Source of the DNA: Eubacteriales bacterium
Lineage (GTDB): Bacteria; Bacillota; Clostridia; Oscillospirales; CAG-272
Direction of reading: 5' to 3'
DNA: 64,000 nucleotides
NCBI GenBank assembly: GCA_045535815.1
Contig: JAZSMJ010000034.1
Span: 648 to 64,647, forward strand
Part shown: positions 44,725 to 53,805 of the stretch, piece after piece
Layout: the number at the start of each line of letters is the position of its first letter
How positions within the stretch are numbered: position 1 is the first letter of the stretch
Translations under genes and position numbers: made by a program
Notes under the pieces: generated by a model
What the model saw: only the letters and a program-made list of their open reading frames with translations
The model's database searches: none
What the model was told of the DNA's origin: nothing

Positions 44725-47559
44725 ATGAGAAATTTGAAAAGATTTCTTGCGATGACATTGACAATGCTCATGATCGTTAGCTGCTTCTCTATGTTCAGCG
44801 TAAACGCATTTGACGACGTTTATGATTTTGAAGAAGCTATCGACACACTTGCAGGCCTCAATGTTATCAAGGGTTATGATGATACAACATTCGGACCCGA
44901 TGACGATGTTACAAGATGGCAGATGGCATTGCTTATATCTAAGCTCACCACAGGCCTTACAGATACATCTGTTTGGTATTCCGAATCCAACACAACAAAG
45001 TTTGCTGACGTAGTTGCTGACAACTACTTCGGTTCTATCAACTTTGCTTCCGGCAACGGCATCATCAAAGGTACATCCGACACAACGTTTGCTCCCGAAG
45101 CAGGCATTATGTTCCAGGATGCTCTTACAATGGTCGTTCGTGCTCTCGGTTACGGCAGCGAAGAGATGGACAAGGGTTATCCCTGGATGTTCATCGAAAA
45201 GGCTGATGACCTCGGTCTTATGAACGGTCTCGAATACATCGACGACACAGAAGCTACTCTTACAAGAGCAGAAACAGCTCAGCTCCTTTACAACGCTCTT
45301 TACGCTGTAAACGCTGACGACGAAACAATTGCAACAGCTGTATTTGATCTTTATGATCCTGAAGCAGTTGTAGTAGTTCTCACAGCTACAAACAGATACA
45401 ACATGAATGCGGCTGAAGGCGTTCTCAAGAAGGACTACGTTGCATTCAACCTCGTAAATGCTAAGACTGGTATCATTGATACAGGCCTTACATACTACGT
45501 TGACAAGGCTGAGTTCGGTATCGAAGGCGATGCTGACCTCTGCATTGGCAACACATATGAAGTTACATCTTTCGACGGATTTGCAACTCTTGAAAGCGCT
45601 ACACTTATTGACGCCGGCAAGACAGATGCAGTTATCGAAGGCAATGCTAACGCTAACACAACACTCATCACTATTGACGGTGTTGTTTATGAAGTAGTTG
45701 AGTCTTACACAAGCCTCAACGCTACAGGCGAATACATGGGCAACTATCCTGAAATCGTTCTCTACAACAAGGATGGCTCTTACGTAATCGACGGAACAGG
45801 CGCTTACCAGACAGACGCATACGGTAACCTTCTTGACAAAAACGGTCAGATCGCTCTTTACTATATGCCTTGGCTCACAAGCTATGCTAATCCTTACGTT
45901 GTTATGAGAGATGACGGAACAGTTATCGCTGCTAACCCTGATCTCACACAGTACGACCTCGCTAAGATCGATGACGGCGTAGTTGGCGGCTTCTCCAAGA
46001 TCACTAATACAAAGACTGAGATCGCTGACATCAACGGCGTTTACGATGCAAAGGTATTTGACGTAAACGGCGACGGTTACTATGATTACGGTTACACTGT
46101 AAACTACAAGTACGGTGCATACGGCGTTAATGCTGTAAGTGGAAGCCTCATAGTTGGTACTACCGATACAGGCAGAAAGCCTGACCAGATCAAGTACGTT
46201 GACGCTGAAGGCAACACAATCGCTGCTATCGGCGCTGGTTACTACCTCTACTCCTACAACGCACAGGCAGGTGTTCTTACAATCAAGGAACAGCTCTCTG
46301 TTTACTCCGGATATCTCTCCGGTCTCAACACAATCGCTGATCAGCTCACTCTCGGTGGCACAGTTTACAGCTACGGCTTCGCTAAGCTTCCGGGCGCTGA
46401 AGCAGCTAACGTTGAAGCTGACATCACAGCAGCTCTCATCGGTAAGAACATCAACTACGTAATGTATGACGGCGTTATCGTTGACATACTTCCTGTTCAG
46501 GGCAACGGCTACTTCGTTCTCGACAGCGTTATCGGTGTTACATCCTCCGGTCTTCCCACCGTTCTCGGATACAACCAGAATAACATTGCTACAGTTGTTG
46601 TAGTTGCTACTCTCAACACATACACAGGTTACATTTACAACTTCGAAACAGATAAGCTCAACGGCGTTCCCGCACTCTTCCAGAACGCTGAAAAGGGTAC
46701 TCTCTACACAGCTCAGGTTGATACACTTGGTTACTACCACCTCACAGAAGCTGACGCAGCTCTCCTGGTTGCTACTGCAGGCGAAACAGTTAACTTCAAG
46801 AACGGTATCTCCAACACAGGTTCTGTTCTCGGAACATTCTCTACAAACGATAACACAGTTATCCTTGCATACGATCCCTCTACTGGTAAGTTCGAATCCA
46901 GAAAGGGTCAGCCTGCTACAGGTGCTACTCTCGTAGTTCCTCAGGGTGCTGAATACGTTGTTGTTGGTGCAGCTCCTGCTTCCTTCATCTACATCAAGGG
47001 CGCAGTTTCCTTCGAAGGTTACTCCGTTGTTGATCCTTGGGCTACACCCGCTAACACAACTCTCGTTTACATCGATCCCGCTAACTCCAAGGCTACAATA
47101 GTTGACAATAGCCTCTCTTCCGTAATCGGCGTTGAAGGCATGCTCCTCCAGGGTTACACATACAAGTACTCTGCAGTTGCTGACCTTGTAAACGGTAAGG
47201 CTACAGACGTTTACTCTGTATCTTACAACGCACAGGTTAAGGCCGGCTACGTTTACTCTGTAGTTAACGGTTACATTGACGAAGAGATCGGTACTCTTGA
47301 AGACGTTCTCACAGCAGTAACACTTGCAAACGTAACAGCTACAGCTGGTACAGTTGACGGTGTTGCTATCGACAGAGATAACTTCGTAGTTATGACTGTT
47401 GACGCTAACGGTAACGTTGTAAGAGCTGAAAACTCCAAGGGAATTGCTAACGCAGTTGCAGCACCTGCTGCTCCTTACTCCGGCGCAGCATACAAAGTTA
47501 ACGCTACTATCCTTGCTGAACTCGGCATCACAGCTGGTAACGTTTACCTCGTTAAGTAA
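44725..47559 (+). CDS. SLH-domain S-layer protein 2 (944 aa), tandem paralog of the preceding gene without the C-terminal modules
   Basis: Near-identical signal peptide and SLH region (MRNLKRFLAMTLTMLMIV...FDDVYDFEEAIDTLAGLNVIKGYDDTTFGPDDDVTRWQMALLISKL). Shares conserved blocks with SLP1 (KAEFGIEGDADL, VLDSVIGVTSSGLP, SLSSVIGVEGMLLQGYTYKY). Confidence 0.9.
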   Translation: MRNLKRFLAMTLTMLMIVSCFSMFSVNAFDDVYDFEEAIDTLAGLNVIKGYDDTTFGPDDDVTRWQMALLISKLTTGLTDTSVWYSESNTTKFADVVADNYFGSINFASGNGIIKGTSDTTFAPEAGIMFQDALTMVVRALGYGSEEMDKGYPWMFIEKADDLGLMNGLEYIDDTEATLTRAETAQLLYNALYAVNADDETIATAVFDLYDPEAVVVVLTATNRYNMNAAEGVLKKDYVAFNLVNAKTGIIDTGLTYYVDKAEFGIEGDADLCIGNTYEVTSFDGFATLESATLIDAGKTDAVIEGNANANTTLITIDGVVYEVVESYTSLNATGEYMGNYPEIVLYNKDGSYVIDGTGAYQTDAYGNLLDKNGQIALYYMPWLTSYANPYVVMRDDGTVIAANPDLTQYDLAKIDDGVVGGFSKITNTKTEIADINGVYDAKVFDVNGDGYYDYGYTVNYKYGAYGVNAVSGSLIVGTTDTGRKPDQIKYVDAEGNTIAAIGAGYYLYSYNAQAGVLTIKEQLSVYSGYLSGLNTIADQLTLGGTVYSYGFAKLPGAEAANVEADITAALIGKNINYVMYDGVIVDILPVQGNGYFVLDSVIGVTSSGLPTVLGYNQNNIATVVVVATLNTYTGYIYNFETDKLNGVPALFQNAEKGTLYTAQVDTLGYYHLTEADAALLVATAGETVNFKNGISNTGSVLGTFSTNDNTVILAYDPSTGKFESRKGQPATGATLVVPQGAEYVVVGAAPASFIYIKGAVSFEGYSVVDPWATPANTTLVYIDPANSKATIVDNSLSSVIGVEGMLLQGYTYKYSAVADLVNGKATDVYSVSYNAQVKAGYVYSVVNGYIDEEIGTLEDVLTAVTLANVTATAGTVDGVAIDRDNFVVMTVDANGNVVRAENSKGIANAVAAPAAPYSGAAYKVNATILAELGITAGNVYLVK

Positions 47560-47577
47560 TTAAATACTTAATATATC

Positions 47578-47612
47578 AAAAGAAGCACATCGAAAGATGT
47601 GCTTCTTTTTTT
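47578..47612 (+). terminator. Strong intrinsic terminator after the S-layer genes
   Basis: AGAAGCACATC-GAAA-GATGTGCTTCT, followed by T7. Confidence 0.9.
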
Positions 47613-47687
47613 GTGCCCTTCTTTTGGTATAACGCAGGGGCCTTATAAATATAATTAAGTGAAGGACAAAAGAAGGGATTTGAAAGC

Positions 47688-48590
47688 ATGCAAAAAAGTG
47701 ACAGAATAGAGCTTGTCTGCGCTTGTATGCCGCTGAGGATACAGGATGAGCTTAAGGATATTTTAAACCTCTCGCAGTTTGGCGGAGCAGACAGTCTTGA
47801 GGAGATACGGATAAGGGCATTTTCTCCGATATGCCTGAAATTTGATCGTGGGCATATCCTCGGGAATGCCGTTTTATCGCAGGACGAGCTTTCCGATATT
47901 GTAAAAAAGCTTTGCGAGGGCTCGGTTTACTCCCATTCCGATGAAATAAGAAACGGATATATATCGGTTTTCGGAATGAGGATAGGTGTATGCGGTGAGG
48001 CAGTAACGTCGCATGGAAAAACCGAGGATATAAAAAATATAACGTCGCTTAATATTCGTATGCCTTTTATATCAAGGAATCTTGCATCCGATCTTGCGTT
48101 GTATCTTGAAAGGTCGGGATTTTCTGAGAGCGTGCTTGTCTATTCGCCACCCGGTGTGGGTAAGACAAGCGTTTTGCGCTCGCTTGCCGCACTTATCTCA
48201 TCTTCGCCATACAATAAAAACGTCGCTCTGTGCGACCCGAGAGGCGAGCTTTACGATTGCGAGCTTTTGCGTGGCTGTACGTGTGACGTCTATCTTAATT
48301 ATCCGCTTGACAAAGCCTTGGAGCTTGCGGTGAGGACCATGCACCCCGACTATATCATATGTGACGAGATAGGCGGAGAGGCTGAGATGAAAGCGCTGCT
48401 TTCCTGCGCTTATATGGGCGTGCCGATAGTGGCATCGGCTCATGCTGACGATATCCTTGGGCTTTGCCGACGCATAAGCGTAAGGCCACTTATAGATATG
48501 GGGGTATTTAATTCCTTCGTAAGACTTACCAGGAGAGGAAAACGGATAAGCTTTGATTTTGTTCCTGCCTCGGAGGCTTTGGCGGTATGA
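47688..48590 (+). CDS. spoIIIAA: Stage III sporulation protein AA (ATPase)
   Basis: Walker A SPPGVGKTS and Walker B-like YIICDEIG. First gene of an eight-gene cluster with spoIIIA order and sizes. Confidence 0.9.
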   Translation: MQKSDRIELVCACMPLRIQDELKDILNLSQFGGADSLEEIRIRAFSPICLKFDRGHILGNAVLSQDELSDIVKKLCEGSVYSHSDEIRNGYISVFGMRIGVCGEAVTSHGKTEDIKNITSLNIRMPFISRNLASDLALYLERSGFSESVLVYSPPGVGKTSVLRSLAALISSSPYNKNVALCDPRGELYDCELLRGCTCDVYLNYPLDKALELAVRTMHPDYIICDEIGGEAEMKALLSCAYMGVPIVASAHADDILGLCRRISVRPLIDMGVFNSFVRLTRRGKRISFDFVPASEALAV

Positions 48591-49063
48591 TTAGACTGAT
48601 AGGCGTTTGCGCAGTTATAGCAGGCTCGTATATTGCAGGTGCTTTGGGGGCTTCCTTTTATAAAAAACAGCTTTTGCAGACCGAAGGATTGTACAGACTC
48701 GTTTGTAAAATAAAGGCTGATATAGAAGGCTTGAATCTTCCGCTTTCCGATATTTACGCTTCGTTTTCCGATAGGGCACTCGACGAGTGCGGCTTTACCG
48801 AAATACTCCGCTCAAGCGGTCTTACTCAGGCATCGTTTTGCGTTGATCTGTGCGTTAGCAGCGAGGTATCCTCTATTATAGATGAGCTCTCCGCAAGGCT
48901 TGGCAACGGGAGCAGGGAGGAGCAGGTGCTGCTTTGTCAGCACTACGGGGGCAGACTGTCGGAGCTTTGCTCCCTTTTATCCGCTGAGCAAAGGCAGAAG
49001 AGCAAGCTGGTCAGGACCGTTTGTGCGGCGGCAGGCGCAATGATCGCCATAATGCTTATATAA
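48587..49063 (+). CDS. spoIIIAB: Stage III sporulation protein AB
   Basis: 4-nt overlap with spoIIIAA. N- and C-terminal TM helices, correct size and position. Confidence 0.8.
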   Translation: MIRLIGVCAVIAGSYIAGALGASFYKKQLLQTEGLYRLVCKIKADIEGLNLPLSDIYASFSDRALDECGFTEILRSSGLTQASFCVDLCVSSEVSSIIDELSARLGNGSREEQVLLCQHYGGRLSELCSLLSAEQRQKSKLVRTVCAAAGAMIAIMLI

Positions 49064-49084
49064 TACTGAAAGGCGGTTGTTTTC

Positions 49085-49279
49085 GTGGATGTCAGCCTTA
49101 TAATGAAGGTTGCCGGAGTTGGTATACTCGTCAGCTTTGTCTGCCAGATACTTCAAAAATCTGGCAGAGAAGAGCAAGCAACGCTGGTCTCTCTCAGCGG
49201 TGTGGTCATAGTGCTTCTGATGCTGCTTGATGAGATATCGACTCTGCTTACAACCATACGGAGCGTATTCGGGATCTGA
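49085..49279 (+). CDS. spoIIIAC: Stage III sporulation protein AC
   Basis: 64-aa two-TM protein: IMKVAGVGILVSFVCQILQKSGREEQATLVSLSGVVIVL. Confidence 0.9.
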   Translation: MDVSLIMKVAGVGILVSFVCQILQKSGREEQATLVSLSGVVIVLLMLLDEISTLLTTIRSVFGI

Positions 49280-49668
49280 TGGATATTATAAAGCTTTGCG
49301 GAATTGCAATTATAGCGGCTATTTTCAATATCGTGCTCAGAAGGGAAAAGGGCGAGTTTGCGCTTGCGGTATCTGCCGTGTCGGGCGTTATGCTTTTGCT
49401 TTGTGCAGTTTCGTCACTTGCACCGGCGCTTGAGCTTATGCGTGAGCTCTCCTCTCACGTATCACAACAGCATATCGGATATTTTAACGTAATGATAAAG
49501 GCGCTGGGAGTTTCGGTAATAGTATCTGCGGCGGCAGACAGCTGTCGTGATATGGGGGAGGCAGGCGTTGCCAAAAAGCTTGAGTTTGCAGGCAAGGCTC
49601 AGCTTTTGCTTCTTGCTCTGCCTCTTATTCGGGATATATCGTCGCTTGCTCTCGAGCTTGCGTCATAG
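49279..49668 (+). CDS. spoIIIAD: Stage III sporulation protein AD
   Basis: MDIIKLCGIAIIAAIFNIVLRREKGEFALAVS. 129 aa, position in operon. Confidence 0.9.
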   Translation: MDIIKLCGIAIIAAIFNIVLRREKGEFALAVSAVSGVMLLLCAVSSLAPALELMRELSSHVSQQHIGYFNVMIKALGVSVIVSAAADSCRDMGEAGVAKKLEFAGKAQLLLLALPLIRDISSLALELAS

Positions 49669-49683
49669 GAGCTTGCTTTTGAA

Positions 49684-50790
49684 ATGATAAAAAAAGGGAT
49701 ATTATATTTTTTGGCGGTGTCTTTTTTGGCTCTTTTTTGCTCTTTTTCCGTGTCAGCTTATACTGCAGAGCTTGAGGAGCTAAGGTCCAACATACCCTCG
49801 GAGATACTGCAAAGCCTGCCCGAATCGGTCTTTGAGGGTGGGGAGGTGGCTGCAAAAGAGCTTGATGCAGGCTTTTTCTTCGATTTTATTCTATCCTGTG
49901 CGGACAAGGTCATAAAGGCGGTTTTCGGAGATTTTGCCGCTTTGATGGGGATAATAGTTATTTCGTGTGTGCTGAGGCTTATGTCCGAGAGCCTCGGGAA
50001 TGAGATGCTATCGTCCGTATGCGACTATCTTTCGCTTTTATGCATAGCTCTTGCCGTATGGCAGAGCGTATCGTCTGCCTGGCGTGCCTGCGAGGAGCTT
50101 ATATCGTCGGTTACCGTTTTTACATCTTCTATGCTTCCGGTGATGAGTGCGCTTTATACGGCAGGCGGCAATATCGCTACGGGAGTCGTCAGATATGCCG
50201 GAATGAGCGCACTTCTCGCCTTTCTTGAAAATTTTTGCGCTCTCTGCCTTTATCCTGCGCTGAGGATATGCTTTTGCTTTGCAATAGTCAATGCGGTATC
50301 GGCATCGCTTGACCTTTCTCCGATAATTTCAACCGTAAAAAATACGGTATCCTTTCTTTTGGTGTTTACAATGACCGTGCTATCAAGCGTGCTTGCCTTT
50401 CAAAGCTCTCTTGCGCAGAGCGCCGATTCGTTTCTGGCAAGGACGGTAAAGTTTGCGGTCGGCAGCTTTATACCGGTGGTCGGAGGTGCGGTAAGCGATG
50501 CCATGAGGACGGTTAGTGGAAGTCTTGAAACCGTGCGGAGCAGCGTCGGTGTGATATCGGTCTTCGTGATAATACTTATGCTTTTGCCGCCTCTTTTGAA
50601 GCTTATCGTTTGCCGCATCTCGCTTTCCTTTCTTTCGTCAATATCAAAAATGCTTGGGTGCGCAAAGGACGGAGCATTTTTATCGGACGTTAAGGGGGTG
50701 TTTGACATAGCGCTTGCTCTTTCGGCAAGTGCAGGGGTGTTTGGGATATTCTGCTTCACCTTGCTTATAAAAACTGCCTGTGCAGTATAA
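49684..50790 (+). CDS. spoIIIAE: Stage III sporulation protein AE
   Basis: Signal sequence plus a multi-pass membrane protein, 368 aa. FIPVVGGAVSDA motif, position in operon. Confidence 0.85.
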   Translation: MIKKGILYFLAVSFLALFCSFSVSAYTAELEELRSNIPSEILQSLPESVFEGGEVAAKELDAGFFFDFILSCADKVIKAVFGDFAALMGIIVISCVLRLMSESLGNEMLSSVCDYLSLLCIALAVWQSVSSAWRACEELISSVTVFTSSMLPVMSALYTAGGNIATGVVRYAGMSALLAFLENFCALCLYPALRICFCFAIVNAVSASLDLSPIISTVKNTVSFLLVFTMTVLSSVLAFQSSLAQSADSFLARTVKFAVGSFIPVVGGAVSDAMRTVSGSLETVRSSVGVISVFVIILMLLPPLLKLIVCRISLSFLSSISKMLGCAKDGAFLSDVKGVFDIALALSASAGVFGIFCFTLLIKTACAV

Positions 50791-50810
50791 TTCGGTGTGA
50801 GGATGGTCAT

Positions 50811-51299
50811 ATGAGAGCTTATCTTGTAAGTATACTTACGGTTGCGCTCGTATCGGGTATACTGAATTCGCTTTCTCCCGATACAAAGCTTGGAAAATAC
50901 ATAAGGATGATATCCTCGCTTGCGGTCGTTATGATAATTCTCTACCCTCTTGCAAGGGTGAGCGGAAGCCTTCTTTCGTTCGCAGATATGATAAGCGGAA
51001 GTGAATACACCGCCTACGCAGGAGACAGCTATGAGGATCTGGTTCTAAGACAGACGAGGAGCAATCTTGAAGAATCATTGAAGGATATGCTGTACAGCCG
51101 TTTTTCCATAGCAAAGGCTTCAATAAGAGCCGATTTTATACTCGATGCGTCCGATATTGAATCGGTTTCGATAGAGCGGATAGATATAGGGATATACCCG
51201 AGTGTAAGTGACTGGCTTTCGGCTGATATATCCGAATATATAGGCGGTATTTTCAACTGTAAGGTGTACGTTTTGGAGTGGGACGGTAATCATGGGTGA
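50811..51299 (+). CDS. spoIIIAF: Stage III sporulation protein AF
   Basis: Two N-terminal TM helices, 162 aa, position in operon. Confidence 0.8.
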   Translation: MRAYLVSILTVALVSGILNSLSPDTKLGKYIRMISSLAVVMIILYPLARVSGSLLSFADMISGSEYTAYAGDSYEDLVLRQTRSNLEESLKDMLYSRFSIAKASIRADFILDASDIESVSIERIDIGIYPSVSDWLSADISEYIGGIFNCKVYVLEWDGNHG

Positions 51300-51699
51300 G
51301 ATATTCAATCGTTTGAAAAAAATAAAGGGGCTGCCGTATGCCTTTATCGGCATAGTCGCAGGCATTGCTCTGCTGCTTATCGGATACGGTGACGGCGAGA
51401 TTGATAATGACGTTAGCCTCTCGCTTGATGAATATATAACTGCGCTTGAATATGAAATATCTCAGATGCTGAATGCCGCCGAGGGAATTTCCAATGCCCG
51501 AGTGATGATAACCGCCGAGGGCGGTGCGGAGCAGCAATACGATACGAGGGGCTCTTTTATCGGTGAAAGGTCTCCCGTGATAAGAGGTGCGGCGGTAATA
51601 TGCGACGGCGGCAATTCGCCCGACGTTCAAAAGCGGGTGATCGGACTTATATGCGCACTTCTGGATATATCGAGCAATAATGTTTTTGTCTGCGGTTAG
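51292..51699 (+). CDS. spoIIIAG: Stage III sporulation protein AG
   Basis: N-terminal TM. C-terminal IRGAAVICDGGNSPDVQKRVIGLICALLDISSNNVFV matches the SpoIIIAG ring-forming motif region. Confidence 0.85.
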   Translation: MGEIFNRLKKIKGLPYAFIGIVAGIALLLIGYGDGEIDNDVSLSLDEYITALEYEISQMLNAAEGISNARVMITAEGGAEQQYDTRGSFIGERSPVIRGAAVICDGGNSPDVQKRVIGLICALLDISSNNVFVCG

Positions 51700-51760
51700 T
51701 TATATTTTTGGTATATGCGGAATATATTTGTATAAACCAAGTTGAACGGAGGATACATAT

Positions 51761-52345
51761 ATGAAATCGGAAAAGATGAGCCGCATTTTTCAAAAATTCA
51801 AGCTTAGCAAGACGGTAAAACGAAATATAACGGTAGTTTGTTCTCTTTTGCTTATAGGCTGTGCCATCGCACTCAATTGGATATTCTTTACGGGCGAGGA
51901 GCCAAATGGCAGTATGGTGCAGGATATTTCCGCAGAAGAGAATAATCCCTCAGATTCTGTCGGTGACGTTTCATTCGTTGGCGCTGCCGATGAGGAAAAC
52001 GGATATTTTTCAACCATTCAGGTAAACCGTCAAAGAGCACGTGACGAGGCTATGGAAACGCTTCTTATGGTAGTTGACAGCGACAGCGCACTTCAGGAGG
52101 CAAAGGACGAGGCTTACGAGAGCATCAACCGTATTGCCGCCAATATAGAAAATGAGGCTAACGTTGAAACTCTCATTATGGCAAAGGGCTTTGAGGAGTG
52201 CGTGGCGGTGATCAGCGATAACAGCGCAAGCGTTATAGTGAAAAGCCAGGGGCTTTTGCCCAATGAGGTAGCGCAGATACAGGAGATAGTCTGCGAGCAC
52301 TCGGGTCTTAGCGCAAAGGATATAACCATAATAGAAACCAACTGA
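51761..52345 (+). CDS. spoIIIAH: Stage III sporulation protein AH (SpoIIIAH-like)
   Basis: N-terminal TM, acidic linker and C-terminal YscJ/FliF-like region (VETLIMAKGFEECVAVISDNSASVIVK). Last gene of the operon. Confidence 0.8.
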   Translation: MKSEKMSRIFQKFKLSKTVKRNITVVCSLLLIGCAIALNWIFFTGEEPNGSMVQDISAEENNPSDSVGDVSFVGAADEENGYFSTIQVNRQRARDEAMETLLMVVDSDSALQEAKDEAYESINRIAANIENEANVETLIMAKGFEECVAVISDNSASVIVKSQGLLPNEVAQIQEIVCEHSGLSAKDITIIETN

Positions 52346-52384
52346 AAAAGCAGGTAAAGGCCTTTGGCTTTTACCTGCTTTTTG
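52346..52384 (+). terminator. Intrinsic terminator after the spoIIIA operon
   Basis: AAAAGCAGGTAAAGG...CTTTTACCTGC, followed by TTTTTG. Confidence 0.8.
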
Positions 52385-52445
52385 TCAGCCCTTGACTTGA
52401 GGCTGATAATGTGGTAACATTTTATGGTGAAGGGCGGTGCTTTTT

Positions 52446-53690
52446 ATGCAGATAAAAAATGCGGAGATACTGTGCGTTGGCACGGAGATCCTTATCGGAG
52501 ATATAGTCAATACCAATGCGGCCTATATATCGCAAAGGCTTGCGGCAATGGGTATAAATCAGTATTATCAGGCAGTGATAGGAGATAATCCCGAGCGGCT
52601 TTATGAATGTATCAGAGCGTCTCTTGAAAGATGCGATCTTCTTATAATGACGGGCGGTCTTGGGCCTACCTATGACGATCTTACAAAAGAAACGGCGGCA
52701 AAGGTCATGGGGCGTGAGCTTGTTCTTCATCAGCCGTCGCTTGACAGGATAAAGTCATTCTTTGAGAAAAGAAAGCGTAAAATGAGCGCTACGAACGAAA
52801 AACAGGCATATATGCCAAGCGGTGCCGTCATTTTCGATAATCATCACGGCACTGCGCCCGGATGCGCTATCGAGGATAATGAGAGCGGAAAGATAATAAT
52901 AATGCTTCCCGGTCCGCCAAGAGAGATGAAGCCGATGTTTTCAGAGTCGGTCGAGCCCTATCTTTCGCAGTTTTCCGAATACGTAATGGTCAGCACCAAT
53001 ATGAATATATTCGGTATGGGTGAATCTACGGTTGAGAGCGTTGTCAGCGACATTATGAAAAATTCCCAAAATCCAACGGTTGCGCCCTACTGTGCAGAGG
53101 GAGAGGTAAGGCTTCGCATAACTGCAAGATGCAAGACCGAAGAGGAGGGCAGAGAGCTTTGCGCCCAAATGCAGAAGAGGATAATGGATACCGAGGTGGG
53201 CGCATTTGTATACGGAGTGGATACTTCGCTTGAAAAAACGGCGGTTGAGCTGCTTTATAAGAGCGGAAAAGCTCTTGCAAGCGCCGAATCCTGCACCGCA
53301 GGGCTGGTGTCAAAGCGTATAACCGAGGTGCCGGGTGCATCAAAGGTGTTCCTTGGCGGTGTGGTGTCTTACGTAAATAGCGTTAAAACGGCGGTGCTGG
53401 GCGTTTCAGAGGATACAATCTGCCGTTATACCGAGGTATCGGAGCAGGCGGCTATTGAGATGGCAAGGGGCGCACGTGAGCTTATCGGTGCGGATATAGC
53501 AGTCAGCGTTACCGGATATGCAGGCCCTGCTATGCCGGGCTCAGACGAGCCGGTAGGACTTATTTATATAGGCGTAAGCTACGGAGATAAAAGCTATGCT
53601 ATTGAAAACAACTTCAGCGGTGACCGTGAGCATATACGCACGCTTGCATCAAACGCCGCACTGCACGCTGTAATATCCGAATTAAAATAA
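52446..53690 (+). CDS. cinA: CinA-family protein (MoCF-biosynthesis-like domain + nicotinamide-nucleotide amidohydrolase PncC domain)
   Basis: ATG 52446. MQIKNAEILCVGTEILIGDIVNTNAAYIS, GGLGPTYDDLT, C-terminal ESCTAGL...GGVVSY. Confidence 0.9.
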   Translation: MQIKNAEILCVGTEILIGDIVNTNAAYISQRLAAMGINQYYQAVIGDNPERLYECIRASLERCDLLIMTGGLGPTYDDLTKETAAKVMGRELVLHQPSLDRIKSFFEKRKRKMSATNEKQAYMPSGAVIFDNHHGTAPGCAIEDNESGKIIIMLPGPPREMKPMFSESVEPYLSQFSEYVMVSTNMNIFGMGESTVESVVSDIMKNSQNPTVAPYCAEGEVRLRITARCKTEEEGRELCAQMQKRIMDTEVGAFVYGVDTSLEKTAVELLYKSGKALASAESCTAGLVSKRITEVPGASKVFLGGVVSYVNSVKTAVLGVSEDTICRYTEVSEQAAIEMARGARELIGADIAVSVTGYAGPAMPGSDEPVGLIYIGVSYGDKSYAIENNFSGDREHIRTLASNAALHAVISELK

Positions 53691-53729
53691 GGTGAGTAAC
53701 CTTCTTTTTTATTTGATAAACATGCATAA

Positions 53730-53782
53730 ACTTGTTGACAAATCAACAAGTTTATGCTATACTTGTTGAAGTATCAACAAGT
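53730..53782. promoter_or_regulatory. Two identical-arm 22-bp palindromes ACTTGTTGA-N4-TCAACAAGT overlapping the -35 and -10/+1 of a TTGACA-17-TATACT promoter
   Basis: Palindromes at 53730-53751 and 53761-53782 (31 bp centre to centre). TTGACA 53735-53740, TATACT 53758-53763. Confidence 0.7.
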
Positions 53783-53805
53783 TGCTTTGTAAAAGGAGAA
53801 ATTCA

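Noticed and set aside
44680-46740. 686-aa minus-strand ORF.
   Set aside because: Same shadow effect, antisense in register with S-layer gene 44725..47559.
49021-49433. Small ORFs 49021..49230 and 49227..49433 overlapping spoIIIAC/AD.
   Set aside because: They are alternative frames of well-supported spoIIIAC and spoIIIAD genes, with no independent signals.
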